From the NCBI GenBank assembly GCA_963842525.1, contig CAWJGT010000020.1, positions 1 through 64,000 of the forward strand: DNA of 64,000 bases, read 5' to 3'. The DNA is from an uncultured Holophagales bacterium (lineage in GTDB: Bacteria > Acidobacteriota > Thermoanaerobaculia > Multivoradales > UBA5704). Positions 42,358 through 54,300 of this stretch are shown in pieces (within the stretch, counting starts at the first letter, position 1; every line of letters begins with the position of its first letter). The notes under the pieces were generated by a model. The model was not told the origin of the DNA. It was given only the letters and a program-made list of their open reading frames with translations, and ran no database searches. The translations under genes were made by a program, and so were the position numbers.

Positions 42358-45300
42358 GCTTCACCCTGCCGCTCTCGCCAGGCCAGCGGGGCCTCTGGTT
42401 CCTGCATCGCCTGCATCCGGACAGCTCGGCCTATCACCTGGCCCTGGCGTCGCGGATCCTCAGCGCGATGCCGGCGGAGGCGATCCGTGGCTTCTTCCAG
42501 GAGCAGGTCGACCGCCACGAGGCCCTGCGCACCACGTTCCCTCTCGAAGGCGACGAGCCGGTCCAGCGCGTGGCCGATCCCTCCGAACACACCGAGTTGG
42601 CGTTCGAGGAGATCGACGCCACCGGATGGAGCGAGGCCGCTTTCCGGGAACGTCTGGAGCAGGAGGCGTGGAAGCCGTTCGATCTGGAGCGCGGGCCGCT
42701 GTTCCGTGTCCAGGTCTTCCAGCGGGTGAGCGAGCGGGTGCTTCTGGTCGTGGTGCATCACATCGTGGTGGATTTCGGGTCGTTCTACGGGATGCTGAGC
42801 AGCCCTCTCCCCCTGGCCCCCTCTCCCGCAGGAGCGGGGGAGGGGGAACGGCTCCAATACCGGGATTTCCTGCGCTGGCAGGAAGAGATGCTAGGGGGGA
42901 AAACGGGGGAGGAGCTGTGGGCGTTCTGGCGGGAGCGGCTGGCGGGATTGCCGGTGCTGGAGCTGCCAACGGACCGGCCGCGGCGCACGGGTGTCCCGGA
43001 GCGGGGCGGCAGCCGCTGGCACGAGATCGGGCCCGAGGTGGTGCGGCCGCTCAAGGCGCTGGCGCGCTCGCAGGGAGGGACGCTCTATGTGGCTCTTCTG
43101 GCGGGGTTCCAGGCGCTTCTTTCTCGCTACACGGGGCAGACCGATTTCGCGGTGGGCTCGCCCGCGGCCGGCAGGCCGAAGGGCTTCGCCCGGACGATGG
43201 GCTACTTCACGAATCCGCTCGCGGTGCGGGCGGATCTCTCCGGCGACCCGTCTTTCCTGGAGCTGCTCGGCCGTGTCCGCGCCCGGGTCTCCGAGGCTCT
43301 GGACCACCAGCACCTACCCCTGCCGGTCATCGTCGAGCGTCTACGTTTGGAGGCGTTCCGGACGCTTTTCGTTTTCCACCGGGACCCCTCGGGCCTGGAG
43401 GGGATGGTGGGCTTCGCGCTCGGCGAAGGGGGAGGTCTGCTGCGCTGGGGCGATCTGGAGCTGGAGCCGGTGGCCCTGCCGCCGCGGGCGGCACAGTTCA
43501 ACGTGACCCTGGCGGCGGGAGAGCGGCGGGGGAATCTGGGCCTCCAGCTCGTGTACAGCGCGGACATCTTTGACGCTTCGACCGCAGGGCGCTGGCTGGA
43601 GCATCTTGCCGTGCTCCTCGAAGCCGCAGCGGCCCAACCAGAGATGCCGCTCCGGGAGCTGCCGCTGTTGACCGCGTGGGAGAGGCAGCAGGTCCTGCTG
43701 GAGGTCAACGAGGCGAGCGAGATCGATCTGCCCTGGTCCCGTCTGGAGGAGGGATTCGAACGGCAGGCAGACCGGACGCCGGAAGCGGTCGCGGTGATCG
43801 ACGGCGACAGGCGGATCACCTACCGCGAGATGCGGGATCGTGTGATCGCGCTGGCCGAGTCACCTGAGCCATCTGAACGGGCAGGTGGTGGGGGTGAGGA
43901 TGCCCCGGAACGTCGAGATGGTGGCGACCCTGCTCGGAGTCCTGAAAGCAGGAGCCACCTACCTGCCGCTCGACCCATCGTATCCAGAGGAACGAATCAA
44001 CTTTCTCCTGGAGGACTCGGGGGCCTGTTCTGTGCTTCAGAGCACCAACGACGTTCCCCCTCTCCCGGCGGTGGGGGGGCGATGGGAGAGGGGGCCAGGG
44101 GGTGAGGTCGCCTACCTCATCTACACCTCCGGCTCCACCGGCCGTCCCAAAGGCGTCGCCATCGAGCACGCCAGCGCCGTCCGCCTCGTCGCCTGGGCCG
44201 GCAAGACCTACTCCCCCGAAGAGCTTTCCGGCGTCCTGGCCTCGACCTCGATCAGCTTCGACCTCTCCATTTTCGAGATCTTTGTCCCCCTCTCCTTCGG
44301 CGGGACGGTGATCCTGGCTGACAACGCCTTGGCGTTGCCTACCCTCCCGGCTGCCGGTGAGGTGACGCTGATCAACACGGTCCCTTCGGCCATCGCCGCC
44401 CTGCTGGACCTCGGGCCGCTGCCGCCACAGGTGCGGACGGTCAACCTGGCTGGCGAGCCGCTGCGGCGCTCGCTGGCGGATCGGGTGCTCGCCACCGGCG
44501 TCCGGCTCTGGGACCTCTACGGCCCCTCGGAGGACACGACCTATTCGACGGGCGCGGAGGTCCGGGCCGGCGATCCGGACGAGCCCTCGATCGGCTGGCC
44601 CGTAGCGGGATCGCGGGCCTACGTCGTCGATGCTGTGCTCCAGCCCTTGCCGGTCGGTGTCCCTGGGGAGCTGTGCCTGGGTGGAGGAGGGCTGGCGCGG
44701 GGGTACCTGGACCGGCCGGATCTGACGGCCGAACGGTTCGTGCCCGATCCGTTCTCCGGCGGAAGGCTCTACCGGACAGGCGACCTGGCCCGGAGACGGC
44801 CGGACGGAAACCTCGAATACCTGGGCCGGCTGGACCACCAGGTCAAGATCCGGGGGTTCCGCATCGAGCCGGGGGAGATCGAAGCGGCGCTGCTGTCCCA
44901 CCCTGGGGTGCGCGAAGCGGTCGTGGTGGCGCGTGACGAGGCCCTGGTGGCCTACGTCGCGCTGACCTCGGAGACCCCCGATCTGGCGGCGTACCTGCGC
45001 TCCCGCCTGCCTGCGCCCTTCGTGCCATCGGCCTTCGTGGTGCTGCCGGCCCTGCCCCTCACACCCAACGGCAAGGTGGATCGCAAGGCACTTCCTGCGC
45101 CGGAGCGGATGGGAGCGCAGACCGTCGAGGAGCCGGTCGGTCCGGTTGAAGAGGCGCTCGCCGGAATCTGGGCCGAGGTCCTCGGCCTTGATCAGGTGGG
45201 CCGGCACGAGAGCTTCTTCGAGCTGGGCGGTCATTCGCTGCTGGCGGTCCAGGTAGCGTCGCGCGTGCGCCGCGTCCTCGGCCGCGAGATCCCCCTGACT

Positions 45301-48300
45301 GACATCTTCGAGGCGCCCACGGTCGCCACACTGGCGAAGCGGCTCGGCGATGGGCTGGGGGCGGCACCCTCGCCGCCGCCGCTCCTGCCGGCTGACCCGG
45401 AGCTTCGCGCCGCGCCCGCGCCGCTCTCTTTCGCCCAGGAGCGGCTCTGGTTCCTCAACCGGCTCGATCCCGGCTCCGCCGTCTACAACATGCCCGCAGC
45501 GGTTCGCCTGACAGGGGATCTCGCCGCGTCCGCGCTCGGCCGCGCGCTCGCCGAGATCGTCCGCCGCCATGGAGCGCTGCGTGCCGTCTTCCACCCCGGC
45601 GAGGAGGGACCGGTGCAGGTGGTCTCGAAGGCGGGTTTCCCGCTGCCGTGGATCGATCTCACAGAGCTGGTTCGAGAGGTCGAGCCGGAGGCCCGGCGGA
45701 TCACCCGGGAGGAGGCCTCGCGGCCCTTCGATCTGGAGGCGGGGCCGGTCTTCCGCGCCATGCTCTTCCGGCTGGGCCCTGGGGACCACCTGCTCCTGGT
45801 CAACCTCCACCACATCGTCAGCGACGGCTGGTCCCTGGGCCTCCTCGTCCGCGAGCTGACGTTTCTCTACGACGCTTTCCGCGAAGTCTCTGCCTTCTCC
45901 CTTGCCGGAGCTGCCGGTCCAGTATGCCGATTATGCCCGCTGGCAGCGGAGCTGGCTGGAGGGCGAGGTCCTGACCTCCGAGCTGTCCTGGTGGCGCGAG
46001 TCCCTGGCCGGCCTGCCGGAAAGGCTCGATCTGCCTACCGACCATCCCCGCCGGGCAGGGATGGGGACGCGGCGCGGAGCCAGGCGGCCCGTGCGGCTCG
46101 GCACCAGCCTGACGCGACAGATCACCGATCTGTCCCGCCAGGAGGGCGCCACGCCGTTCATGGTGGTGCTTGCCGGCTTCCAGGCCCTGCTGGGGCGCTG
46201 GGCCGGTCAAGACGATCTGGCGGTCGGCAGCCCGATCGCCGGCCGGACGCGGATCGAGGTGGAGAACCTGGTCGGGCTCTTCGTCAAAACGCTGGTCCTG
46301 CGAGGAGACCTGCGCGGTGACCCTGCCGTCCGCGAGCTCCTGGCCCGGACGCGGCGGACCGTGCTGGCCGCCCACGAGCACCAGCATCTCCCGTTCGAAA
46401 AGCTGGTGGAGGAGCTGGCACCGGCGCGGGAGCTGGGGAGGACCCCGCTGTTCGAGGCGATGCTGGCCTTTCAGACCGCCTCTCCCGGCGCTCCCGAGCT
46501 GCCCGGCCTGGAGGTCGAGGTTGTGCCGGTCGAGACAGGGACGGCGAAATTCGACCTCCTCCTGGACCTGACCGAGCACGCCGGCAAGCTGGCGGGCTGG
46601 CTCGAATACGACGCCGGCCTGTTCGAGGCGCCAACAGTCGATCGCCTGCTGGGGCATTTCGAGGCGCTGCTGTCCGGCATGGTGGCCGCCCCTGGAGACA
46701 AAGTCCACGACCTGGCGCTGCTATCCGAGGTCGAGAGACATCAACTGCTGGCGGAGGCGAACGACCAGGGGGCGGCTGAGCCGCGCTGGGCGTTGCTCCA
46801 CGAGGGCTTCGAGCAGCAGGCGCAACGCACGCCGGATGCAGTGGCGGTCGTCTGGGGCGAGGAGAGGATCACCTACCGCCATCTGAACGAAAGCGCCGAC
46901 CGGCTGGCCACAGAGCTGCGAAGTCGAGGAGCCGGCCCGGAGAGGATCATCGGGATCTCCCTCCCGCGTACCCCCGAGATGATCGTGGCCCTGCTCGCCG
47001 TGCTCAAGGCTGAAGCCGCCTATCTCCCCCTCGATCCGTCCTATCCGCCGGACCGGATCGCATTCCTGCTCGCGGACGCTGGTGTGGACCTCCTCATTGG
47101 CAGCCCCGTAGGGGCGGCCGGAATTAGCCCGGGATTTCAATCCCGGGAATCGGGCGCATCCCCAAATCTCCAGAGCCCCGCCAGGGGCGACAGGAATCCG
47201 GCCGGCGAGCCCCTGCCGCCCCTAACGGGGCTGGTGGATGGGGGTGGCTTTCCCTTCCGGGCCTGAAGGCCCGGGCTAATTCCGGCCGCCCCTGCGGGGC
47301 TAGCTCGCCTACCTCATCTACACCTCCGGCTCCACCGGCCGCCCCAAAGGCGTCGCCATCGAGCACGCCAGCGCCGTGCGCCTCGTCGCCTGGGCCGGGG
47401 AGACCTACTCGCCCGAAGATCTCTCCGGCGTCCTCGCCTCCACCTCGATCAATTTCGACCTCTCGATCTTCGAGATCTTCGTCCCTCTCTCTTTCGGAGG
47501 GACGGTCATCCTGGCCGAGAACGCCCTCGCCCTGCCCACCCTGCCCGCGCGGGGAGAGGTGACCCTGCTCAACACGGTCCCTTCCGCCCTCGCCGCCCTG
47601 CTGGACCTCGGGCCGCTCCCGCCGTCGATCCGCACGGTCAACCTGGCTGGCGAGCCGCTGCGGCGCGGGCTTGCCGAGCGGGTCTATCGGAGGGGGCGGC
47701 GGGCGTGGAGCGGCTGTGGAACCTCTACGGCCCGTCCGAGGACACGACCTATTCGACCGGCTCGCTCGTCGAGCCGGGCTTGGCCGGGGAGCCCGCGATC
47801 GGCTGGCCGGTGGCCGGCTCGCGGGGCTATGTGGTCGACGCTTCGTTGCGGCTCCAACCCCCCGGCGTTCGCGGGGAGCTGTGTCTGGGCGGGGGAGGGT
47901 TGGCGCGGGGCTACATGGGCCGGCCGGAGCTGACGGCGGAACGGTTCGTGCCCGATCCGCTCTCCGGCGAGCCGGGCGGGCGCCTCTATCGGACGGGAGA
48001 CCTGACCCGCAGGAGGCCGGACGGGGCTCTCGAATACCTGGGCCGGCTGGATCACCAGGTCAAGATTCGGGGGTTCCGGATCGAGCCGGGGGAGATCGAG
48101 GCGGTGCTGCTGTCCCATCCCGAGGTGCGCGAGGCAGTGGTGGTGGCTCGGGAAGGGGCTCTGGTGGCCTACGTCTCGCTCACTTCGGAGGGTCTGGATC
48201 TGGCGGCGTACCTGCGCTCCCGCCTGCCGGCTCCCTTCGTGCCCTCGGCCTTCGTGGTGCTGCCGGCTCTGCCCTTGACCCCCAACGGCAAGGTGGACCG

Positions 48301-51300
48301 CAAGGCTCTGCCGGCGCCGGAGAGGATCGGGCAGAGGATCTTCGAGGAGCCGGTCGGACCCGTCGAAGAGGCTCTCGCCGAGGTCTGGACCGATGTCCTC
48401 GGCCGTGACCGTGTGGGCCGGCACGAGAGCTTCTTCGAGCTGGGAGGGCATTCGCTGCTGGCCACCCGGGTGCTGTCCCGGATCTCGCGCCGGTTCGGCG
48501 TGGATCTGCCGTTGGGTGCGCTCTTCGAATCGCCGACCGTGGCGGCGCTGGCCGGCAGGATCGCGGCCGCCGGTGGAGACGCAGCGCCGCCGCTGCGGCC
48601 TGTGCTCGTTCCACACGAGGGGCGACAGGACCTGCCGCTCTCCTTCGCCCAGCAGCGGCTCTGGTTCCTCGACCAGCTCCAACCCGGCTCGGCGGCCTAC
48701 AACATGCCCGGAGCGGCCTTCCTGGAGGGACCGCTCGCGCCGGCCGCGCTGGCCGCGAGCCTCACTGCACTCGTGGCGCGGCACGAGGCTCTGCGCACGC
48801 GCTTCGCCGAGCGCGACGGTCGTCCGGTCCAGATCATCGATCCGCCGCAGCCGGTGGAGCTGTCCATGGTCGAGGCTTCCGAGGAAGAGGCGTACACACT
48901 GGTCCAGCGCGAAGCGGCGCGCCCCTTCGATCTCGGCCGCGGTCCCCTTCTGCGTGCCGGCCTGGTACGGCTCGACCCTGAGCGCCACCTGCTGTGGCTG
49001 GTGCTCCACCACATCGTCGCCGACGGCTGGTCGCTCGGCGTTCTGATAGGCGACCTGGCGGCTCTGTACGCAGGGCTCTCCCTCCCCGAGCTGCCGGTCC
49101 AGTACGCCGACTACGCGATCTGGCAGCGGGAGCAGCCTGCCGACCTGGACTGGTGGAAGGAGCGCTTGGCAGGTGCGCCGGAGACCTTGGAGCTGCCGGC
49201 GGACCGTCCGCGCCCAGCCGTGCGCACCCAGCGCGGCTTCCAGGTGAGGACGTCGCTGCCGCCCGATCTGGCTGACGGCCTGCGTGACCTCTGCCGCCAG
49301 CGTGGAGCGACCCTGTTCCTGGGCCTGCTGGCCGCCTTCGAGACCCTGCTCCTCCGCTACACCGGCCAGGAGGATCTGCTGGTGGGATCGGCGGTGGCGA
49401 ACCGCAACCGGCCGGAGGTGGAGGGGCTGATCGGCCTCTTCGCCAACACTCTGGTGCTGCGCGGCGATCTGGCGGGTGATCCGTCCTTCGCCGAGGCTCT
49501 GGACCGGGCGCGGGAGGGCACCCTCAGCGCCTTCGCCCACCAGGACGTGTCGATCGAGAAGCTCGTCGAGGAGCTGCATCCTGGCCGGGAGTTGGGACAG
49601 AACCCGCTCTTCCAGGTGGTCATCGTCCTCCAGAACGCGCCCATCCGCCTGGAGCTGCCGGGGCTCACGCTGCGCCGGGTCGAGGTGGAGACCGGGACCG
49701 CGAAGTTCGACCTCACCCTGGAGCTGACCGAGAGCGCAGAGGGGTTGACCGCCGTCTGGGAGCTGAGCAGCGACCTGTTCGAGCCGGCGACAGGGCGGCG
49801 GATGGCGGCTCATTTCGAGAGCCTCGTGCGGAGCGCGGTGGCAGCGCCCGACCAGAGGCTTTCTGATCTGACTCTGCTGGGTGAGGACGAGCGCCGGCAG
49901 CTCTTGTTCGAGTGGAAGCTCGGCTCCTACGGCAGCGCCGCTGGAGCCGCTGGAGATACCGGTCCACCGCCTGTTCGAAGAGCAGGCCCGGAGCACGCCG
50001 GACCGGATCGCGCTCGTCGCGGGCAACCTGGAGCTGACGTATGGCGAGCTGGACGCGCGGGCCAACCGCCTGGCCCGTCATCTCCAGGACCTGGGCGTCC
50101 GGCCCGAGACCCTGGTGGGCGTGCTCCTCGAACGGTCACCGGAAATGATTGAGGCGTTCCTGGCGATCCTCAAGGCCGGCGGCGCCTATGTGCCGCTCGA
50201 TCCCTCCTGGCCGGAGGAGCGCCGGGCCGAGCTGATCGATGAGGCTGGCGTCCGGGTCATTCCCTGGGACCGCGGGCGTCCCGCCCGCACCATCCAAAAA
50301 AATGCGGGCGGGACGCCCGCGGTCCCAGGGGTGGGACTTCTGGCTTATGCGATGTTCACTTCGGGCTCGACCGGCCGGCCGAAGACGGTGGGCATCGAGC
50401 ACCGGAGCATCGTGCGGCTTGTGCGCGGCGCGGACTGGGCGGATCTCGGGCGGGATCAGGTCTTTCTCCAGCTTGCTTCGCCTGCCTTCGACGCCGCGAC
50501 TCTGGAGATCTGGGGCGCTCTCGCCAATGGCGGACGGCTGGCACTTTTCCCGCCAGGAGCCCCGTCGGTCGAGGACCTGGGAGCGGCCCTGGAGAGGCAC
50601 GGGATCACCACCCTCTGGCTCACCGCGGGTCTCTTCCATCAGGTCGTCGAGAGCAGGATCGACATCCTCCGCGGCGTGCGGCAACTCCTGGCTGGCGGCG
50701 ATGTGCTGTCGCCCGAGGCGGTCGACCGGGTGGTCGTCGAGCTGCCCGGCTGCCGGATGATCAACGGCTACGGTCCGACCGAGAACACCACATTTACCTG
50801 TTGTCACGAGGTCCGGGGGCCTCTTTCCGGCCGCACGGTGCCGATCGGCCGGCCGATCGCGGGGACGACGGTCTACGTTCTGGACGCCCATCTCCAGCCG
50901 GTCCCGGAGCTCGTTCCCGGGGAGCTTCTGGCGGGCGGCGAAGGTCTGGCCCGGGGCTATCTGGGCCGGCCCGACCTGACCGCCGAGCGCTTCGTGCCCA
51001 GCCCCCCCTTCGAGGATGAGCCGCCGGGTGCGCGCCTCTATCGCACGGGCGACCGGGTGCGTTGGTCGCCCCGTGGCGAGCTGGAGTTCCTGGGGAGGCT
51101 GGACCGGCAGGTCAAGATCCGGGGCTTCCGCGTCGAGCCCGCCGAGATCGAGGCCGTGCTGGCGCGCCATCCCGGTGTGTCCCAGGCTGCCGTGATCGTG
51201 GTCGACGATACGGCGGACCGGCGGCTCGTGGCCTGTGTGGTCCCCGCGGGCGAGGATCTCTCTGGGCTGCGCGATTGGCTGGCAGACCGGCTGCCGGCGT

Positions 51301-54300
51301 ATCTCATCCCCTCCCTGGTCACACTTCCCGATCTTCCGCTCACGCCCAACGGCAAGGTGGACCGGGCAGCGCTCCGAGGCCGTCTGCCCGAGGTCGAGCC
51401 GCAGAGCGGTTATGTCGCACCGCGCACTCCGGTCGAGGAGCTGCTGGCCGGCGTCTGGGCCGAGGTGCTCGGCGTCGAGCGCATCGGGATCCACGACGAC
51501 TTCTTCGAGCTGGGTGGGCACTCCCTGCTCGCCACGCGAGTCGTCTCCCGGGTGCGGGCGGCGCTGGACGCCGAGGTGCCGCTGGCCGCGCTGTTCGAGA
51601 CCCCGACCGTGGCAGGGCTGGCCCGCCTGATCGAGGAACGGCGCGTCCGGCAGAGCCCTCTCCCCCTGGCCCCCTCTCCCGTGCGTCCCCCGTCCGCCCG
51701 CCCCGAACGGGAGAGGGGGAACGAGAGCGGGCTGGGTGGTGGCGCCCCTCTCCCGCTCGGGGTGGGGGGTGGTGGCCGTGCGGGGGAGGGGTCGGGGGAG
51801 GGGGGCGAGGCCCCTCTCTCCTTTGCCCAGGAGCGGCTCTGGTTCCTGGACCGGCTGGAGCCCGGCTCGGCCACCTACAACTTGCCGGTGGCGGTGCGGC
51901 TGCGCGGGAACCTGGACATCTCCGCCCTGGAGAGGAGCCTGGGCGAGATCCTTCGCCGCCACGCGGCGCTGCGGACCACCTTCCACGAGTCCGGTGATGG
52001 ACCCATCCAGGTCGTTGCCCCGCCGGAGCCGTTCCGCCTGCCCGTCGACGATGCGCCCGGCAGCATGGAGGAGGAGGCGCGCTGTCCCTTCGATCTGGAG
52101 GCGGGACCGATCTTCCGCGCCCATCTCTTCCGGCTGGCTCCCGGGGACCACCTGCTCCTGGTCAATCTCCACCACATTGCCAGCGACGGCTGGTCCATGG
52201 GCATCCTCGTCCGCGAGGTGGCGGCTCTCTACGGCGCCTTCCGCGAAGGCCGGCCGTCGCCTCTGCCCGAGCTGCCGGTCCAGTACGCCGACTATGCCCG
52301 TTGGCAGCGGAGCTGGCTTTCCGGCGAGGCCCTGGCCGCCGAGCTGGCCTGGTGGCGAGAGACCCTGGCGGGCCTGCCCGAGAGGCTCGACCTGCCTACC
52401 GACCATCCGCGCCGAGGCGGAGCGGAGACGCGAAGCGGAGCCAGACGGCCGGTGCGGCTCGGCAGCGAGCTGACGCGGCAGATCGCCGGCCTGTCCCGCC
52501 GGGAGGGCGCCACGCCGTTCATGGTGGTCCTCGCCGCCTTCCAGACTGTTCTGGGGCGCTGGGCCGGCCAGGAGGATCTGGCCGTGGGCAGCCCGATCGC
52601 CGGCCGGACGCGGATGGAGGTGGAGGATCTGATCGGGTTCTTCGTCAATACGCTGGTCCTGCGGGGAGACCTGCGCGGCGATCCCACCGTTCGCGATCTG
52701 CTCGTCCGGACGCGGCGCATGGTGCTGGCGACCCATGAGCACCAGCACCTCCCGTTCGAGAAGCTGGTGGAGGAGCTGTCGCCTGTACGGCAGCTCGGGA
52801 GGACCCCCCTGTTCGAGGCGATGCTGGCCTTCCAGACCGCCTTGCCCGGGGCACCCGAGCTTCCAGGTCTGGAGGTGGAGATCGTGCCGGTCGATCCGGG
52901 GGTGGCGAAATTCGATCTCCTCCTGGACCTGACCGAGCGTGGCGGCGAGCTGGTGGGCTGGCTGGAGCACGACGCCGACCTGTTCGAGGCGCCGACCCTC
53001 GATCGTCTGCTGGGGCATTTCGAGGCGCTGCTGTCCGGCATGGTGTCTTCTTCTGGAGAGAGGGTCTTCGGCCTGCCGCTTCTATCCGCGGCGGAACGCC
53101 ACCAGATCCTCGAGTGGAATGCGAGCGCAGTAGCCCGGCCCGCGGAGGCTTCGATCCCTGCCCTGTTCCTGGAGCAGGTGGACCGGACCCCTGAGCAGGA
53201 GGCTGTCCGCTTCGCCGGCGAGAGCCTCACCTACCGCGATCTCGAAGAAAGATCGAGCCGGCTCGCCCGCCACCTGCGCCGGCTCGGAGTCGGACCGGAA
53301 GTCGTGGTGGGGATCGCCCTGGACCGTTCCCTGGAGCTGATCATCGCGCTCTACGCCACACTCAAGGCGGGCGGCGCCTACCTGCCTCTCGATCTCTCCC
53401 ATCCGGACGAGAGGCTTGCCTTCCTCCTGGCCGAGGCCGGCGCACCGGTCGTCCTGACCCTTGCGGAGCACGCGCCGCGCTTCGCCGGCTCCCGGGCCGC
53501 GGTCGTCCGCCTCGACGCCGAACGCTCCGTGATCGAGGCGGAGAGCACTGACCGTCCACCCCTGGAGATCCGGGGCGATCATCTCGCCTACGTCATCTTC
53601 ACCTCGGGCTCGACCGGGGCTCCCAAGGGAGCGATGAACACCCATGCGGCGATCGCCAACCGGCTGCTGTGGATGCAGGAAGCCTATCGGCTGGACGCGT
53701 CGGACCGGGTGCTGCAGAAGACGCCGTCCACCTTCGACGTTTCGGTCTGGGAATTCTTCTGGCCTCTGATCGCGGGTGCGACTCTGGTGATCGCCCGGCC
53801 GGAAGGACACCGCGATTCTTCGTACCTCCTGCGGACGATCCACGACGAGGCGATCACGGTCCTCCACTTCGTCCCGTCCATGCTGCAGGTCTTCCTCGAC
53901 GAGCCGGGGGTGGAGGAGGCGGCCAGCCGTCTGCGGCAGGTGATGGCGAGCGGCGAGGCGCTCCCGGCCGACCTTGCAAGTCGCTTTGCGGAGCGCCTGC
54001 CGGGAGTGCGGCTGCACAACCTCTACGGACCGACCGAGGCCGCCGTGGACGTCACCTCGTGGACGGTCGAGGCCGGGGAGCCGGCGGTCTCCCTCGGCCG
54101 GCCGATCGCGAACCTCGAGATCCATATCCTGGACCGCTCTTTCCGGCCGGTGCCCGTTGGCGTGGCCGGGGAGCTGTGCATCGGCGGCGCCGGTCTCGCC
54201 CGCGGCTATCTCGGCCGTCCGGATCTGACGCCGGAACGCTTCGTCCCCGCTCTGAGCGGGGCTCCTGGAGCGCGCCTGTACCGCACCGGCGACCTGGCCT

